Shown piece by piece: positions 26,958 through 34,649 of a stretch of DNA of 54,795 nt. Numbering within the stretch: the first letter of the stretch is position 1; every line of letters begins with the position of its first letter. Source of the stretch: a virus; IMG/VR virus record IMGVR_UViG_3300045988_094320. The stretch is one strand, 5' to 3'. The translations under genes and the position numbers were made by a program. The notes beneath the pieces were generated by a model, which did no database searches, was not told where the DNA came from, and saw only the letters and a list, made by a program, of their open reading frames with translations.

Positions 26958-27305
26958 ATGGAAGATAACAAAAATGAAATGTCAATAACAGAAGCTATTG
27001 AAAGGTGCGACATTATGCTAAACGCTATCAGCATCAATGGCGCAGAGAAAGGTTTTGCAAATTATGATAATGGATTTCCAGATTGTGTAGTAATGAAATC
27101 CCTTATTAGAAGATGCAAATGGGCTTTGAAAAGGCAGATACCGAAGAGGGCATATCATATATCTCCTGTAGATGATAATGATAATGCGAATGTGGAGTGC
27201 CCAGAGTGCCATGCCACAACAGATTATGCAGTCAATGTAATTAAAAGAGGGCATTGTTGGAAGTGTGGGCAGTTATTGGATTGGAGTGATGAAAATGACG
27301 ATTGA
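26958..27305 (+). CDS. Hypothetical protein with a C-terminal zinc ribbon
   Basis: 115 aa from ATG 26958, with CPECH...CWKCG. Confidence 0.45.
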   Translation: MEDNKNEMSITEAIERCDIMLNAISINGAEKGFANYDNGFPDCVVMKSLIRRCKWALKRQIPKRAYHISPVDDNDNANVECPECHATTDYAVNVIKRGHCWKCGQLLDWSDENDD

Positions 27306-27618
27306 TGAAGCAATAGAACATTCAAAAGAAAAAGCTAAGGAACAGAGATATTATGCGAATTTTGAGCGAAACGGAATGATGTATCAGTCTTGCATTAAAT
27401 GTGCAGAGGAACACGAACAGCTTGCAGAATGGTTGGAAGAACTGAAAGCCATGAAAAACCTTGATAAAACCAATTTTATCGATGGCTATAATAGAGGAAT
27501 TGATGATTTCTTGAAAGAAGCAGATGCAACATTCCCTATGCAGAGTGACGGAACAGCGGTCTTGAGACGATTAGAAAAGATTGCTGATAGGTTAAAAGGC
27601 GGTGGTTCTGGTGAGTAA
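27295..27618 (+). CDS. Hypothetical protein
   Basis: 107 aa from ATG 27295 (RBS GGAGTGA). Confidence 0.45.
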   Translation: MTIDEAIEHSKEKAKEQRYYANFERNGMMYQSCIKCAEEHEQLAEWLEELKAMKNLDKTNFIDGYNRGIDDFLKEADATFPMQSDGTAVLRRLEKIADRLKGGGSGE

Positions 27619-28207
27619 ACCAAATTATAGGCAGATATATGCAAAGAAAGCAGCTAGAGAAAATCGAATTAAGTCTATTTGCCCTAACATTTCAAACACA
27701 AGCGGTATATATGCGTTTTATCGGTCAGATGAAGCAGGTATTCGCAGGAGTTACGTGGGGCAAGCAGTAAACCTTTTGGAAAGATGCGCTTCACACCTTG
27801 GAGAGTATGACCATATAGCATTAAGCCTAAAAAAACACGGGTTTTACAGTGAGGACAATCCTTGTGGTTGGAAGTTGGATTTTAAGACTTGCCCTAAATC
27901 TGAATTAGATGAAAAGGAAGTTGCTACGATCAAGCAATTTGCTGACAAGGGATTTCAGATGTACAACGTCACAGCCGGTAGCCAAGGGCAAGGGAAGTTG
28001 ATAACAGGTCAATACAAGCAACCTAAGACCTATACGCAGGGCATACAACAAGGATATAAAAAAGCTTCAAAAGAAGTTGCGCATTTATTTGAATTGCACC
28101 TTGATTATAAGACTAAATCTGAACCCCCTAACAAAAATCAAGAAAAAGCATTGAATAAATTTTTGGAGTTTTTAAATTATTGCAAAGGAGATTCTGGAAA
28201 TGAATGA
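27602..28207 (+). CDS. GIY-YIG nuclease (free-standing homing-endonuclease-like)
   Basis: SGIYAFYRSDEAGIRRSYVGQAVNLLERCASH fits GIY-x10-YVG with downstream R and E residues. GTG start. Confidence 0.7.
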   Translation: MVLVSKPNYRQIYAKKAARENRIKSICPNISNTSGIYAFYRSDEAGIRRSYVGQAVNLLERCASHLGEYDHIALSLKKHGFYSEDNPCGWKLDFKTCPKSELDEKEVATIKQFADKGFQMYNVTAGSQGQGKLITGQYKQPKTYTQGIQQGYKKASKEVAHLFELHLDYKTKSEPPNKNQEKALNKFLEFLNYCKGDSGNE

Positions 28208-29144
28208 GATATGGAAAAGCGTTGTCGGATATGAAAATCTTTATGAGGTATCAAGTTTCGGTCGGGTCAGGAGCGTTGATAGGACAACTATTGGGAAAAC
28301 AGCTTTTAGTGATGATTCTTTGTATCATTTTAAAGGAAAAATATTGAAACAAGGAAATAGGAAAACTTCTGGAATGCCTTATAAGCAGGTTGTTCTTTAT
28401 AAAAACAAGGAACACAAGACTGTTGCCGTACACAGATTGGTTGCAGAGGCATTTATACCCAACCCTGATAATTTGCCTCAAGTAAATCATAAGGACGAAA
28501 ATCCAAGCAATAACAATGTTAGCAACCTTGAATGGTGCACATGTAAATACAATGTGAATTACGGAACTGCAACCGATAGGAGAGCACTAAAGACAAGAAA
28601 TAATGCATACGATCAAAAACCTGTTATATGCTTGAATACAAATATTGTCTATCGAAATAGTTGTGAGGCAGAGAGAAAAACAGGAATAAAGGCAAATACT
28701 ATTAGAGAGTGCTGCAAAGGTAATTACAGCAATGCCGGCGGGTTCAAATGGCAGTATGCCAACGAAGCCGATGTTACAATCAAAAGCGTGGGTGCTCAAG
28801 AAATGGCAATACTAGACACTATGTTTAAAATTGAAAAAGAAAAGGGGATTATTTCATATTTAAAAAATTCAGTCGTTGTATCGACAGCTGAAATTTCCAA
28901 CAGGCTAAATATTTCTGCTTATGAGGTTAGGAAATCAATTAGAAAACTTGTTGGATTAGGGCTTGCAGAGAAAAGCGCAATTGGCAAGAAGTATATAAAA
29001 CCAAGCGAAGTAAATGAATGCCAAGTTTCGGGGCATATTCCGCCAGAAATAGGATTTTCACTAACAAAAACAGGATTTAAGGTATCACAGAAACAGTATG
29101 AGAAGTTTATGGATTTATTGAAAGTGGGTGAAGATAATCAATAA
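28200..29144 (+). CDS. HNH homing endonuclease (NUMOD4 + HNH_3 + C-terminal HTH)
   Basis: IWKSVVGYENLYEVSSFGRVRS fits NUMOD4. HRLVAEAFIPNP..LPQVNHKDENPSNNNVSNLEW fits HNH_3. There is a winged-HTH-like tail. Confidence 0.85.
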   Translation: MNEIWKSVVGYENLYEVSSFGRVRSVDRTTIGKTAFSDDSLYHFKGKILKQGNRKTSGMPYKQVVLYKNKEHKTVAVHRLVAEAFIPNPDNLPQVNHKDENPSNNNVSNLEWCTCKYNVNYGTATDRRALKTRNNAYDQKPVICLNTNIVYRNSCEAERKTGIKANTIRECCKGNYSNAGGFKWQYANEADVTIKSVGAQEMAILDTMFKIEKEKGIISYLKNSVVVSTAEISNRLNISAYEVRKSIRKLVGLGLAEKSAIGKKYIKPSEVNECQVSGHIPPEIGFSLTKTGFKVSQKQYEKFMDLLKVGEDNQ

Positions 29145-29313
29145 AGACTATGACTGTCATTGCTGGAACGATTATCCGAACGAGAATCATAGATACTATG
29201 GATATTCAGATACACCGAAAAAGAGCGGCAAATGGAAATGTGTTGATTGCTACGAATATGTGGGCAAATCCAAATTCGGTGCAACGCATTGTAGGAAGAA
29301 AGTAACTAACTAA
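29128..29313 (+). CDS. Small Cys/His-rich protein
   Basis: 61 aa track ORF. Confidence 0.4.
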   Translation: MKIINKDYDCHCWNDYPNENHRYYGYSDTPKKSGKWKCVDCYEYVGKSKFGATHCRKKVTN

Positions 29314-29332
29314 AAATCAAAGAAAGGAATAA

Positions 29333-29361
29333 GGTTGTCCGGACATAAAACCTAGGTTTCC
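29333..29361. promoter_or_regulatory. Bipartite double palindrome, copy A (TGTCCGGACA + AAACCTAGGTTT)
   Basis: 10-mer at 29336-29345 and perfect 12-mer palindrome at 29348-29359, about 16 nt upstream of ATG 29378. Confidence 0.7.
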
Positions 29362-29377
29362 TTTTGGTAGATTTAGA

Positions 29378-30232
29378 ATGTATAAAAAGAAGATTAAATG
29401 TGAGATATATCGTGATTCTATGCAGAATTACAAGAAATACGCAATACCGCCAGCACAGCTTATTATTGCAGATGTTCCTTACAATGTAGGAACTAACTTC
29501 TATGGAAGTAACCCTATGTGGTACAACGGCGGCGATAATAAAAACGGAGAGAGCAAACTTGCGAAAAAGGCGGCTTTCAATTCAGATTTTAATTTTAATC
29601 TGTATGAATACTTCCATTTTTGCTCAAAAATGTTGAAAAAAGAGGACGCAAAGCCTATCGCAAGGGGCAGAAGTAGTAACAGTCCTTGTATGATTGTATT
29701 TTGTTCATTTGAACAGTTATCAACATTGATTGTGGCGGCAAAGAAGCATGGATTTGTAAATTACATACCTTTAGTGTTTGTTAAGAATTACAGTCCACAG
29801 GTACTTAAAGCAAATATGCGTATCGTAGGGGCTACGGAATATGCGCTTGTGCTTTATCGAGATAAACTTCCGAAATTCAGAAATGGTTGTCAGACAGACG
29901 AGAACGGAAAGAATATCAGAGGGACGGGTCGCATGGTATTTAATTGGTTCACATGGGAGAAAGACGGTAAAGACATACCGAAGATTCACCCAGCGCAAAA
30001 GCCTGTTGCAGTTATTAAGAAGTTGATTGAGATTTTTACGGACGAGGGCGACGTGGTTATCGACCCTTGTTGTGGTAGCGGTAGCACACTTAGAGCCGCC
30101 GCAGAACTTGGCAGAAGTGCTTACGGATTTGAAATTGACAGGAACTTTTACGAGCGAGCAAAGAATGAAATGCTTTTATTTGATAGAGATCAGCAAATGT
30201 CTATATTTGACTTAGAGATTGATAAGGAGTGA
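29378..30232 (+). CDS. Orphan DNA methyltransferase (N6A/N4C, beta class)
   Basis: Motif IV ADVPYNVG precedes HPAQKP and motif I VIDPCCGSGST. No adjacent restriction gene. Confidence 0.85.
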   Translation: MYKKKIKCEIYRDSMQNYKKYAIPPAQLIIADVPYNVGTNFYGSNPMWYNGGDNKNGESKLAKKAAFNSDFNFNLYEYFHFCSKMLKKEDAKPIARGRSSNSPCMIVFCSFEQLSTLIVAAKKHGFVNYIPLVFVKNYSPQVLKANMRIVGATEYALVLYRDKLPKFRNGCQTDENGKNIRGTGRMVFNWFTWEKDGKDIPKIHPAQKPVAVIKKLIEIFTDEGDVVIDPCCGSGSTLRAAAELGRSAYGFEIDRNFYERAKNEMLLFDRDQQMSIFDLEIDKE

Positions 30233-30918
30233 GAAAAGTGGCAGAAAGACGTATGTTTACAAAAAGGATAACTGAAAGTGACTCTTTTTTAGATATGCCC
30301 AGTAGTACGCAAATGTTGTATTTTCATTTTTCTATGAATGCGGATGATGATGGATTTGTGAATAACCCAAAGAAAATACAAAAAATGTGCGGTGCTTCTG
30401 ATGATGATTTTAAATTGCTGATTGCAAAATCATTTATCATACTATTCGACAGCGGAATAATCGTAATAAAGCATTGGAAAATGCACAATTACATTCAGGC
30501 AGACAGGTACAGACCTACAGATTATGTAGAAGAGAAATCTATGCTTGGAATCAAGTCAAACAAGGCTTATACGTTGGATGTATCCAAAACGGATACAGAA
30601 TGTATACAGAATGGATACGTAGGTAAGGTAAGTATAGATAAGGATAGTATAGATAAGGATAGTATAGGGGAGAGTGTGAGAGTGGAAAAAGCTAAACGCT
30701 TTTATCCGCCCACTCTTGATGAAGTTAAACAGTATTGCGAAGAGCGGAAGAATAATATTGATCCGATGGCATTTATTGATTTCTATTCGAGCAAAGGTTG
30801 GATGATTGGGAAAAATAGAATGAAAGATTGGAAGGCGGCTGTTAGGACTTGGGAGCGAAAAAGAAAAGAACAATCCCGGGCAGAAAGCAGCGTATATGAC
30901 GAATGGAGGGATGCCTAA
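30229..30918 (+). CDS. Replisome organizer (phage replication initiator)
   Basis: N-terminus RRMFTKRITESDSFLDMPSSTQMLYFHFSMNADDDGFV fits Phage_rep_org_N. The C-terminus is DnaD-like (FIDFYSSKGWMIGKNRMKDWKAAVRTWE). Confidence 0.75.
   Translation: MRKVAERRMFTKRITESDSFLDMPSSTQMLYFHFSMNADDDGFVNNPKKIQKMCGASDDDFKLLIAKSFIILFDSGIIVIKHWKMHNYIQADRYRPTDYVEEKSMLGIKSNKAYTLDVSKTDTECIQNGYVGKVSIDKDSIDKDSIGESVRVEKAKRFYPPTLDEVKQYCEERKNNIDPMAFIDFYSSKGWMIGKNRMKDWKAAVRTWERKRKEQSRAESSVYDEWRDA
30631..30670. repeat. 15-bp iterons (2.6 copies) inside the replisome organizer gene; candidate ori
   Basis: agtatagataaggat x2, then agtatagggg; they encode SIDKDSIDKDSIG. Confidence 0.55.
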
Positions 30919-31544
30919 TGACAAGAGAGGAAACGATAGAGCTTCTAATGATGATACAAGCAGCGTTCCCAAATTACAAGCCGCAGGATAAAACGGTAGC
31001 TGTCAATACTTGGTTTCTGATGCTTGCAGATTATCCGTATCGGCAAGTGCAGATGGCGCTTAAAGCCTATATTGCGACGGATACAAGTGGATTCGCACCG
31101 AGCATCGGGCAGATTATTGATAAGATACAAATAATAGCCGATCCTGCGGAACTGAACGAAATGGAAGCATGGTCGCTTGTCGGCAAGGCTTTACGCAATG
31201 GAAATTACAAGCCGAGAGAAGAATTTGAGAAATTGCCCGATCTTGTGAAAGAAGCGGTAGGAAGCCCGGAAAACATACATAACTGGGCGCAGTCTGACAT
31301 AAAGAGCATTGAGAGCGTGATCCAGTCCAATTTTATCAAGAGCTATCGGCTTGTTGTGAACAGGCAAAAGGAAATGCAGAAATTGCCAAAAGACATAAAA
31401 GCTGTGATTTCCAGCAGTAGGACCTGCATCGGCAAGGAAATTGAAACATCACAAAAGACTGCGTTGGAAGCAAAAGAAGAGCCGGCAGAAGAACGAAAAT
31501 GCATTCCTATGCCGGATCGTTTGAAAGAAAAACTGAAATTGTAG
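30918..31544 (+). CDS. G39P-like helicase loader/inhibitor
   Basis: From ATG 30918 (TAATG overlap): TREETIELLMMIQAAFPNYKPQDKTVAVNTWFLMLADYPYRQVQMALKAY..FAPSIGQII. Confidence 0.65.
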   Translation: MTREETIELLMMIQAAFPNYKPQDKTVAVNTWFLMLADYPYRQVQMALKAYIATDTSGFAPSIGQIIDKIQIIADPAELNEMEAWSLVGKALRNGNYKPREEFEKLPDLVKEAVGSPENIHNWAQSDIKSIESVIQSNFIKSYRLVVNRQKEMQKLPKDIKAVISSSRTCIGKEIETSQKTALEAKEEPAEERKCIPMPDRLKEKLKL

Positions 31545-31554
31545 GAGGTAAAGA

Positions 31555-31585
31555 GGTTTGTCCGGACAAATAAAGCTAGCTTTAC
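31555..31585. promoter_or_regulatory. Bipartite double palindrome, copy B (TGTCCGGACA + AAAGCTAGCTTT)
   Basis: 10-mer at 31559-31568 and perfect 12-mer palindrome at 31572-31583, about 12 nt upstream of ATG 31598. Confidence 0.7.
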
Positions 31586-31597
31586 TCACACAATTAT

Positions 31598-32221
31598 ATG
31601 TACGACAAAGAAAGATACGAAAGACTGAAAGCAGAGGGCATATGTGTATCATGTGGGAAACCAAATGATCGAGTCAATAGAATTTACTGCTCAAAATGTC
31701 AAAAAGAAAGAAGCGAAAAACTGACAGAAACAAGAAGATGGTATGCCAAAATGGGATATTGCCCGAGGTGCCAAAAAAACAAATTGTTTGGATCTGAAAA
31801 GGTATGCCCTGAGTGCACTGCTGAAAATACGAACAGGATCGAAAGAAAGAGAGAAATTAGCAGGGAAAAATACAATGAGTACATGAAAGATTACCATAAG
31901 AAATTACACAATCAGAGGAAAGTGGATGGTATTTGTACTCGCTGTGGAAAAGTAAGCGTAAAAGGAACAGGATATTATACCTGCATAAAATGCAGGGAAA
32001 AAGAAAGAAAAAATATATATCCGCGAGAATACGGCTGGGCGAGAGTTGCCGAGGGTAAATGCTTCTTTTGCGGAGAGCCAGTGAAGAAAGGCTATAAGGT
32101 ATGTGAAAAACACTGGAAGTCAAATTGTGAGAATGCGAAAAAGGCGGACAGAAGCTATCTGCAAAGAACGAACAAATTGTTTTTTAGGAAGAAAGGGAAA
32201 TGCGTAAATGAGACTAATTGA
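31598..32221 (+). CDS. Cys-rich protein with repeated CxxC...CxxC zinc-ribbon modules
   Basis: 207 aa with at least four modules (CVSCG..CSKC; CPRC..CPEC; CTRCG..CIKC; CFFCG..CEKH), each followed by basic helices. No SD upstream. Confidence 0.55.
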   Translation: MYDKERYERLKAEGICVSCGKPNDRVNRIYCSKCQKERSEKLTETRRWYAKMGYCPRCQKNKLFGSEKVCPECTAENTNRIERKREISREKYNEYMKDYHKKLHNQRKVDGICTRCGKVSVKGTGYYTCIKCREKERKNIYPREYGWARVAEGKCFFCGEPVKKGYKVCEKHWKSNCENAKKADRSYLQRTNKLFFRKKGKCVNETN

Positions 32222-32441
32222 TGCAGAAAAATTGATAGAAGAATTTTCGGGAACAGGTAATTTTGATGCTGTTGAAGTAAGAAGTAGAATAGCATATACT
32301 CCAACAGCATATGACTTAAATAAGGTTGTGGAGCAGCTGGAAGCAGAGAAAGGAACATACTTTGACGGATTGCCTTGCGAGGGTACGAAGATAACAGTTA
32401 ATGCAGCAATCGAAATCGTGAAATCAGGAGCAAAGCAGTAA
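32208..32441 (+). CDS. Hypothetical protein
   Basis: 77 aa track ORF. Confidence 0.4.
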   Translation: MRLIDAEKLIEEFSGTGNFDAVEVRSRIAYTPTAYDLNKVVEQLEAEKGTYFDGLPCEGTKITVNAAIEIVKSGAKQ

Positions 32442-32456
32442 AAAGGAGAATGGCTT

Positions 32457-32855
32457 ATGAGGTTATCAGAACTGACTAAGCCAGAGATTGATGCAATCGT
32501 CGGAAATGCTAATTTTACGGAAGAAGAATATCAAGTGTTCCAGTATTTATCTAAAGGTGTAACACTTGATGAAATGGTTTATAGGTTAAAGCTATCGAAA
32601 GCTACTATTTCAAGAATTGTATTCAAGGTCAAAATGAAAATAGAAAGGATTGATAAAATGAAGCAAAATATACCTGTATGGGAAAAAATCACAATGACAG
32701 TAGAAGAAGCTGCAGAATATAGCAGCATTGGCATAAACAAAATCAGAGAGCTTTCAAGCGATCCCAGATGTAATTTTGTTATCTATATAGGCAAAAAGCG
32801 GTTAATAAAGCGAAAAGAGTTTGAAAAGTTCATTGCTGATAATGTGGAGTTGTAG
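32457..32855 (+). CDS. Fusion of a sigma-70 region-4-like HTH and an excisionase-type HTH (Xis-like)
   Basis: N-terminus FTEEEYQVFQYLSKGVTLDEMVYRLKLSKATISRIVFKVKMKI. C-terminus MTVEEAAEYSSIGINKIRELSSD...KKRLIKRKEFEKFI. It lies immediately upstream of int. An internal ATG at 32658 has an AAAGGA RBS. Confidence 0.6.
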   Translation: MRLSELTKPEIDAIVGNANFTEEEYQVFQYLSKGVTLDEMVYRLKLSKATISRIVFKVKMKIERIDKMKQNIPVWEKITMTVEEAAEYSSIGINKIRELSSDPRCNFVIYIGKKRLIKRKEFEKFIADNVEL

Positions 32856-32861
32856 ACTTAT

Positions 32862-32903
32862 AAAGCCTTATGTGATATTATATGTATTTGCATAAGGCTT
32901 TTT
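32862..32903 (+). terminator. Terminator hairpin whose loop contains the int promoter
   Basis: AAAGCCTTATG (32862-72) pairs with CATAAGGCTTT (32891-901), followed by TT. The loop carries extended -10 TG-a-TATTAT (32873-32881). Confidence 0.6.
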
Positions 32904-32926
32904 CCATACAGAAAGGAGCGTAAAAG

Positions 32927-34057
32927 ATGGGAAAAGACCTAAGAGGTAAGGAAATAGGGCAGGGTTTGTCCCAAAGGAAAGATGGGTACTATGTCGCTAG
33001 GTATACTGACAGGTACGGAAAGCGCATACAAAAACTGTTCTTGAAAATGAGAGAAGCCCAAAAATGGCTTTCAGAAAATAAGTATGAGGAGCAACACTCA
33101 AATATAGACTTTCCATCGGACATGATTGTTGAATCGTGGTTCCAATACTGGATTGCAATAAAAGAGAAAACAGTAAGACCGAATACCGTCAGAAATTACA
33201 GAGAGCGTTATAACAGGAATATAAAGCCGATAATAGGGAATAAATTATTAAGAGATGTAAACAGTATTCATTGTCAGCAAATATTTAACAAAATGGATGA
33301 TGAAGGATACAGGAAATCGACAATATATCAGACAAGAATCGCATTATACAATATGCTGCAATATGCATTTGACAACGATGTAATAAGAAAAAATCCATGT
33401 ACGAGGTCTGTTATATCTGATATGGGAAAAGAATCCGCGAAGAAAGAAGCACTCACAATAGAAACACAGAAAAAATTCTTGGAGTATGCTTCCGGTATGT
33501 CTTATGAATATCAATATAGATTTATTCTACAGACTGGATTGAGAACCGGGGAGCTTGCAGGTTTAAAGTGGGAAGATATAGACTTTAAAGGCAGAACACT
33601 TACGGTCAGCAGAAGTTTGGAGTATAGACATTCAGCAGGTGAATGGAGAGAGGGGCAGCCGAAGAGTAAATCCGGGTACAGGACTATACCCCTGACAGAT
33701 GAAGCAATTTATATCCTAAATAAGCAAAAAGAGAAAAATGCGCATCTGAAATTTGTCGAAATGCAATGGAAAGACAGAATATTTTTGTGCAAAACCGGAG
33801 CACCTGTTAAGAACAGCACATATGACACGGCGTTATTTAAAATATGCGACAAGGCAAAAATTCCTAGATTCTCAATGCATGTATTGCGTCATACATTCGC
33901 TACGAGATGTATAGAAGCCGGAATGATGCCGAAAACTCTTCAAACGATTTTAGGACATTCAAATATCGGAATAACTATGAATCTTTACGTGCACACAACA
34001 GACGACCAGAAGAAAATAGAAATTGAAAAAGTGGCAAAAGCACTAAAAGTTGTGTAA
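32927..34057 (+). CDS. int: Tyrosine integrase
   Basis: 376 aa with ..GLRTGELAGLKWEDIDF.. and HVLRHTFATRCIEAGMMPKTLQTILGHSNIGITMNLYVH (R..HxxR..Y catalytic signature). Confidence 0.95.
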   Translation: MGKDLRGKEIGQGLSQRKDGYYVARYTDRYGKRIQKLFLKMREAQKWLSENKYEEQHSNIDFPSDMIVESWFQYWIAIKEKTVRPNTVRNYRERYNRNIKPIIGNKLLRDVNSIHCQQIFNKMDDEGYRKSTIYQTRIALYNMLQYAFDNDVIRKNPCTRSVISDMGKESAKKEALTIETQKKFLEYASGMSYEYQYRFILQTGLRTGELAGLKWEDIDFKGRTLTVSRSLEYRHSAGEWREGQPKSKSGYRTIPLTDEAIYILNKQKEKNAHLKFVEMQWKDRIFLCKTGAPVKNSTYDTALFKICDKAKIPRFSMHVLRHTFATRCIEAGMMPKTLQTILGHSNIGITMNLYVHTTDDQKKIEIEKVAKALKVV

Positions 34058-34318
34058 AATTGGTACATAATTGGTACATAAAAATAAAACAAAGACAAAG
34101 AAATGCGATAAAACAGGCATTTCTGGTAAGGAGAAAGTTGAAATGAAATTAGGCATCGTAGTTAATTGACGTTTTTTATATAAATTTACGTGGTTTAATA
34201 TATTGCTACAAATACCTATTTTATTGAGTTTTTTGAGTTTTTGTGAAATTGTATATTTTTATATATTTTCACGTATTTTTATAAAAATTGGTACATAATT
34301 GGTACATAACTGGTACAC
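34058..34318. other. attP-like region: five direct 11-bp arm-type repeats flanking an AT-rich core
   Basis: aattggtacat x2 (34058-34079), then aattggtacat x2 plus aactggtacac (34286-34318). About 205 bp of AT-rich DNA lies between, with the inverted GTGAAA/TTTCAC pair. Confidence 0.55.
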
Positions 34319-34337
34319 GGAAAAAGCCTTATGCAAA
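34319..34337. repeat. 19-nt perfect inverted copy of 32887..32905
   Basis: GGAAAAAGCCTTATGCAAA is the reverse complement of TTTGCATAAGGCTTTTTCC. Confidence 0.95.
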
Positions 34338-34353
34338 ATGAGAATAAATTGAT

Positions 34354-34381
34354 AAGAATGTGAGAACCACATTCTTTTTTT
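34354..34381 (+). terminator. Strong intrinsic terminator downstream of attP
   Basis: AAGAATGTG-agaac-CACATTCTT followed by TTTTT. Confidence 0.8.
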
Positions 34382-34416
34382 ATGCGCCAAAATATAGCCA
34401 TAAGGAGTTGATAGTT

Positions 34417-34578
34417 ATGTTTTCGGACACAGTTTTAGAAAAGATATTTGCAATGCCGGATATGCAGATGCTTGATCTTCAAACACAATCAAACATTGTG
34501 CACGGCATTGAGACAATACTGGAAAAAGAGGAAAAGAAGAATGCTGATGAATTTCAGTCAGATGGGAACGCCGAATAA
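34417..34578 (+). CDS. Small hypothetical protein
   Basis: 53 aa from ATG 34417 (RBS TAAGGAG). The track ORF start at 34360 lies inside the terminator. Confidence 0.35.
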   Translation: MFSDTVLEKIFAMPDMQMLDLQTQSNIVHGIETILEKEEKKNADEFQSDGNAE

Positions 34579-34649
34579 AGATGTATTTTTGACACAGGAT
34601 GAAACAAATATATTGGTCGAAGCTGAAAAAGCGGAAAGAGAGGAACATT

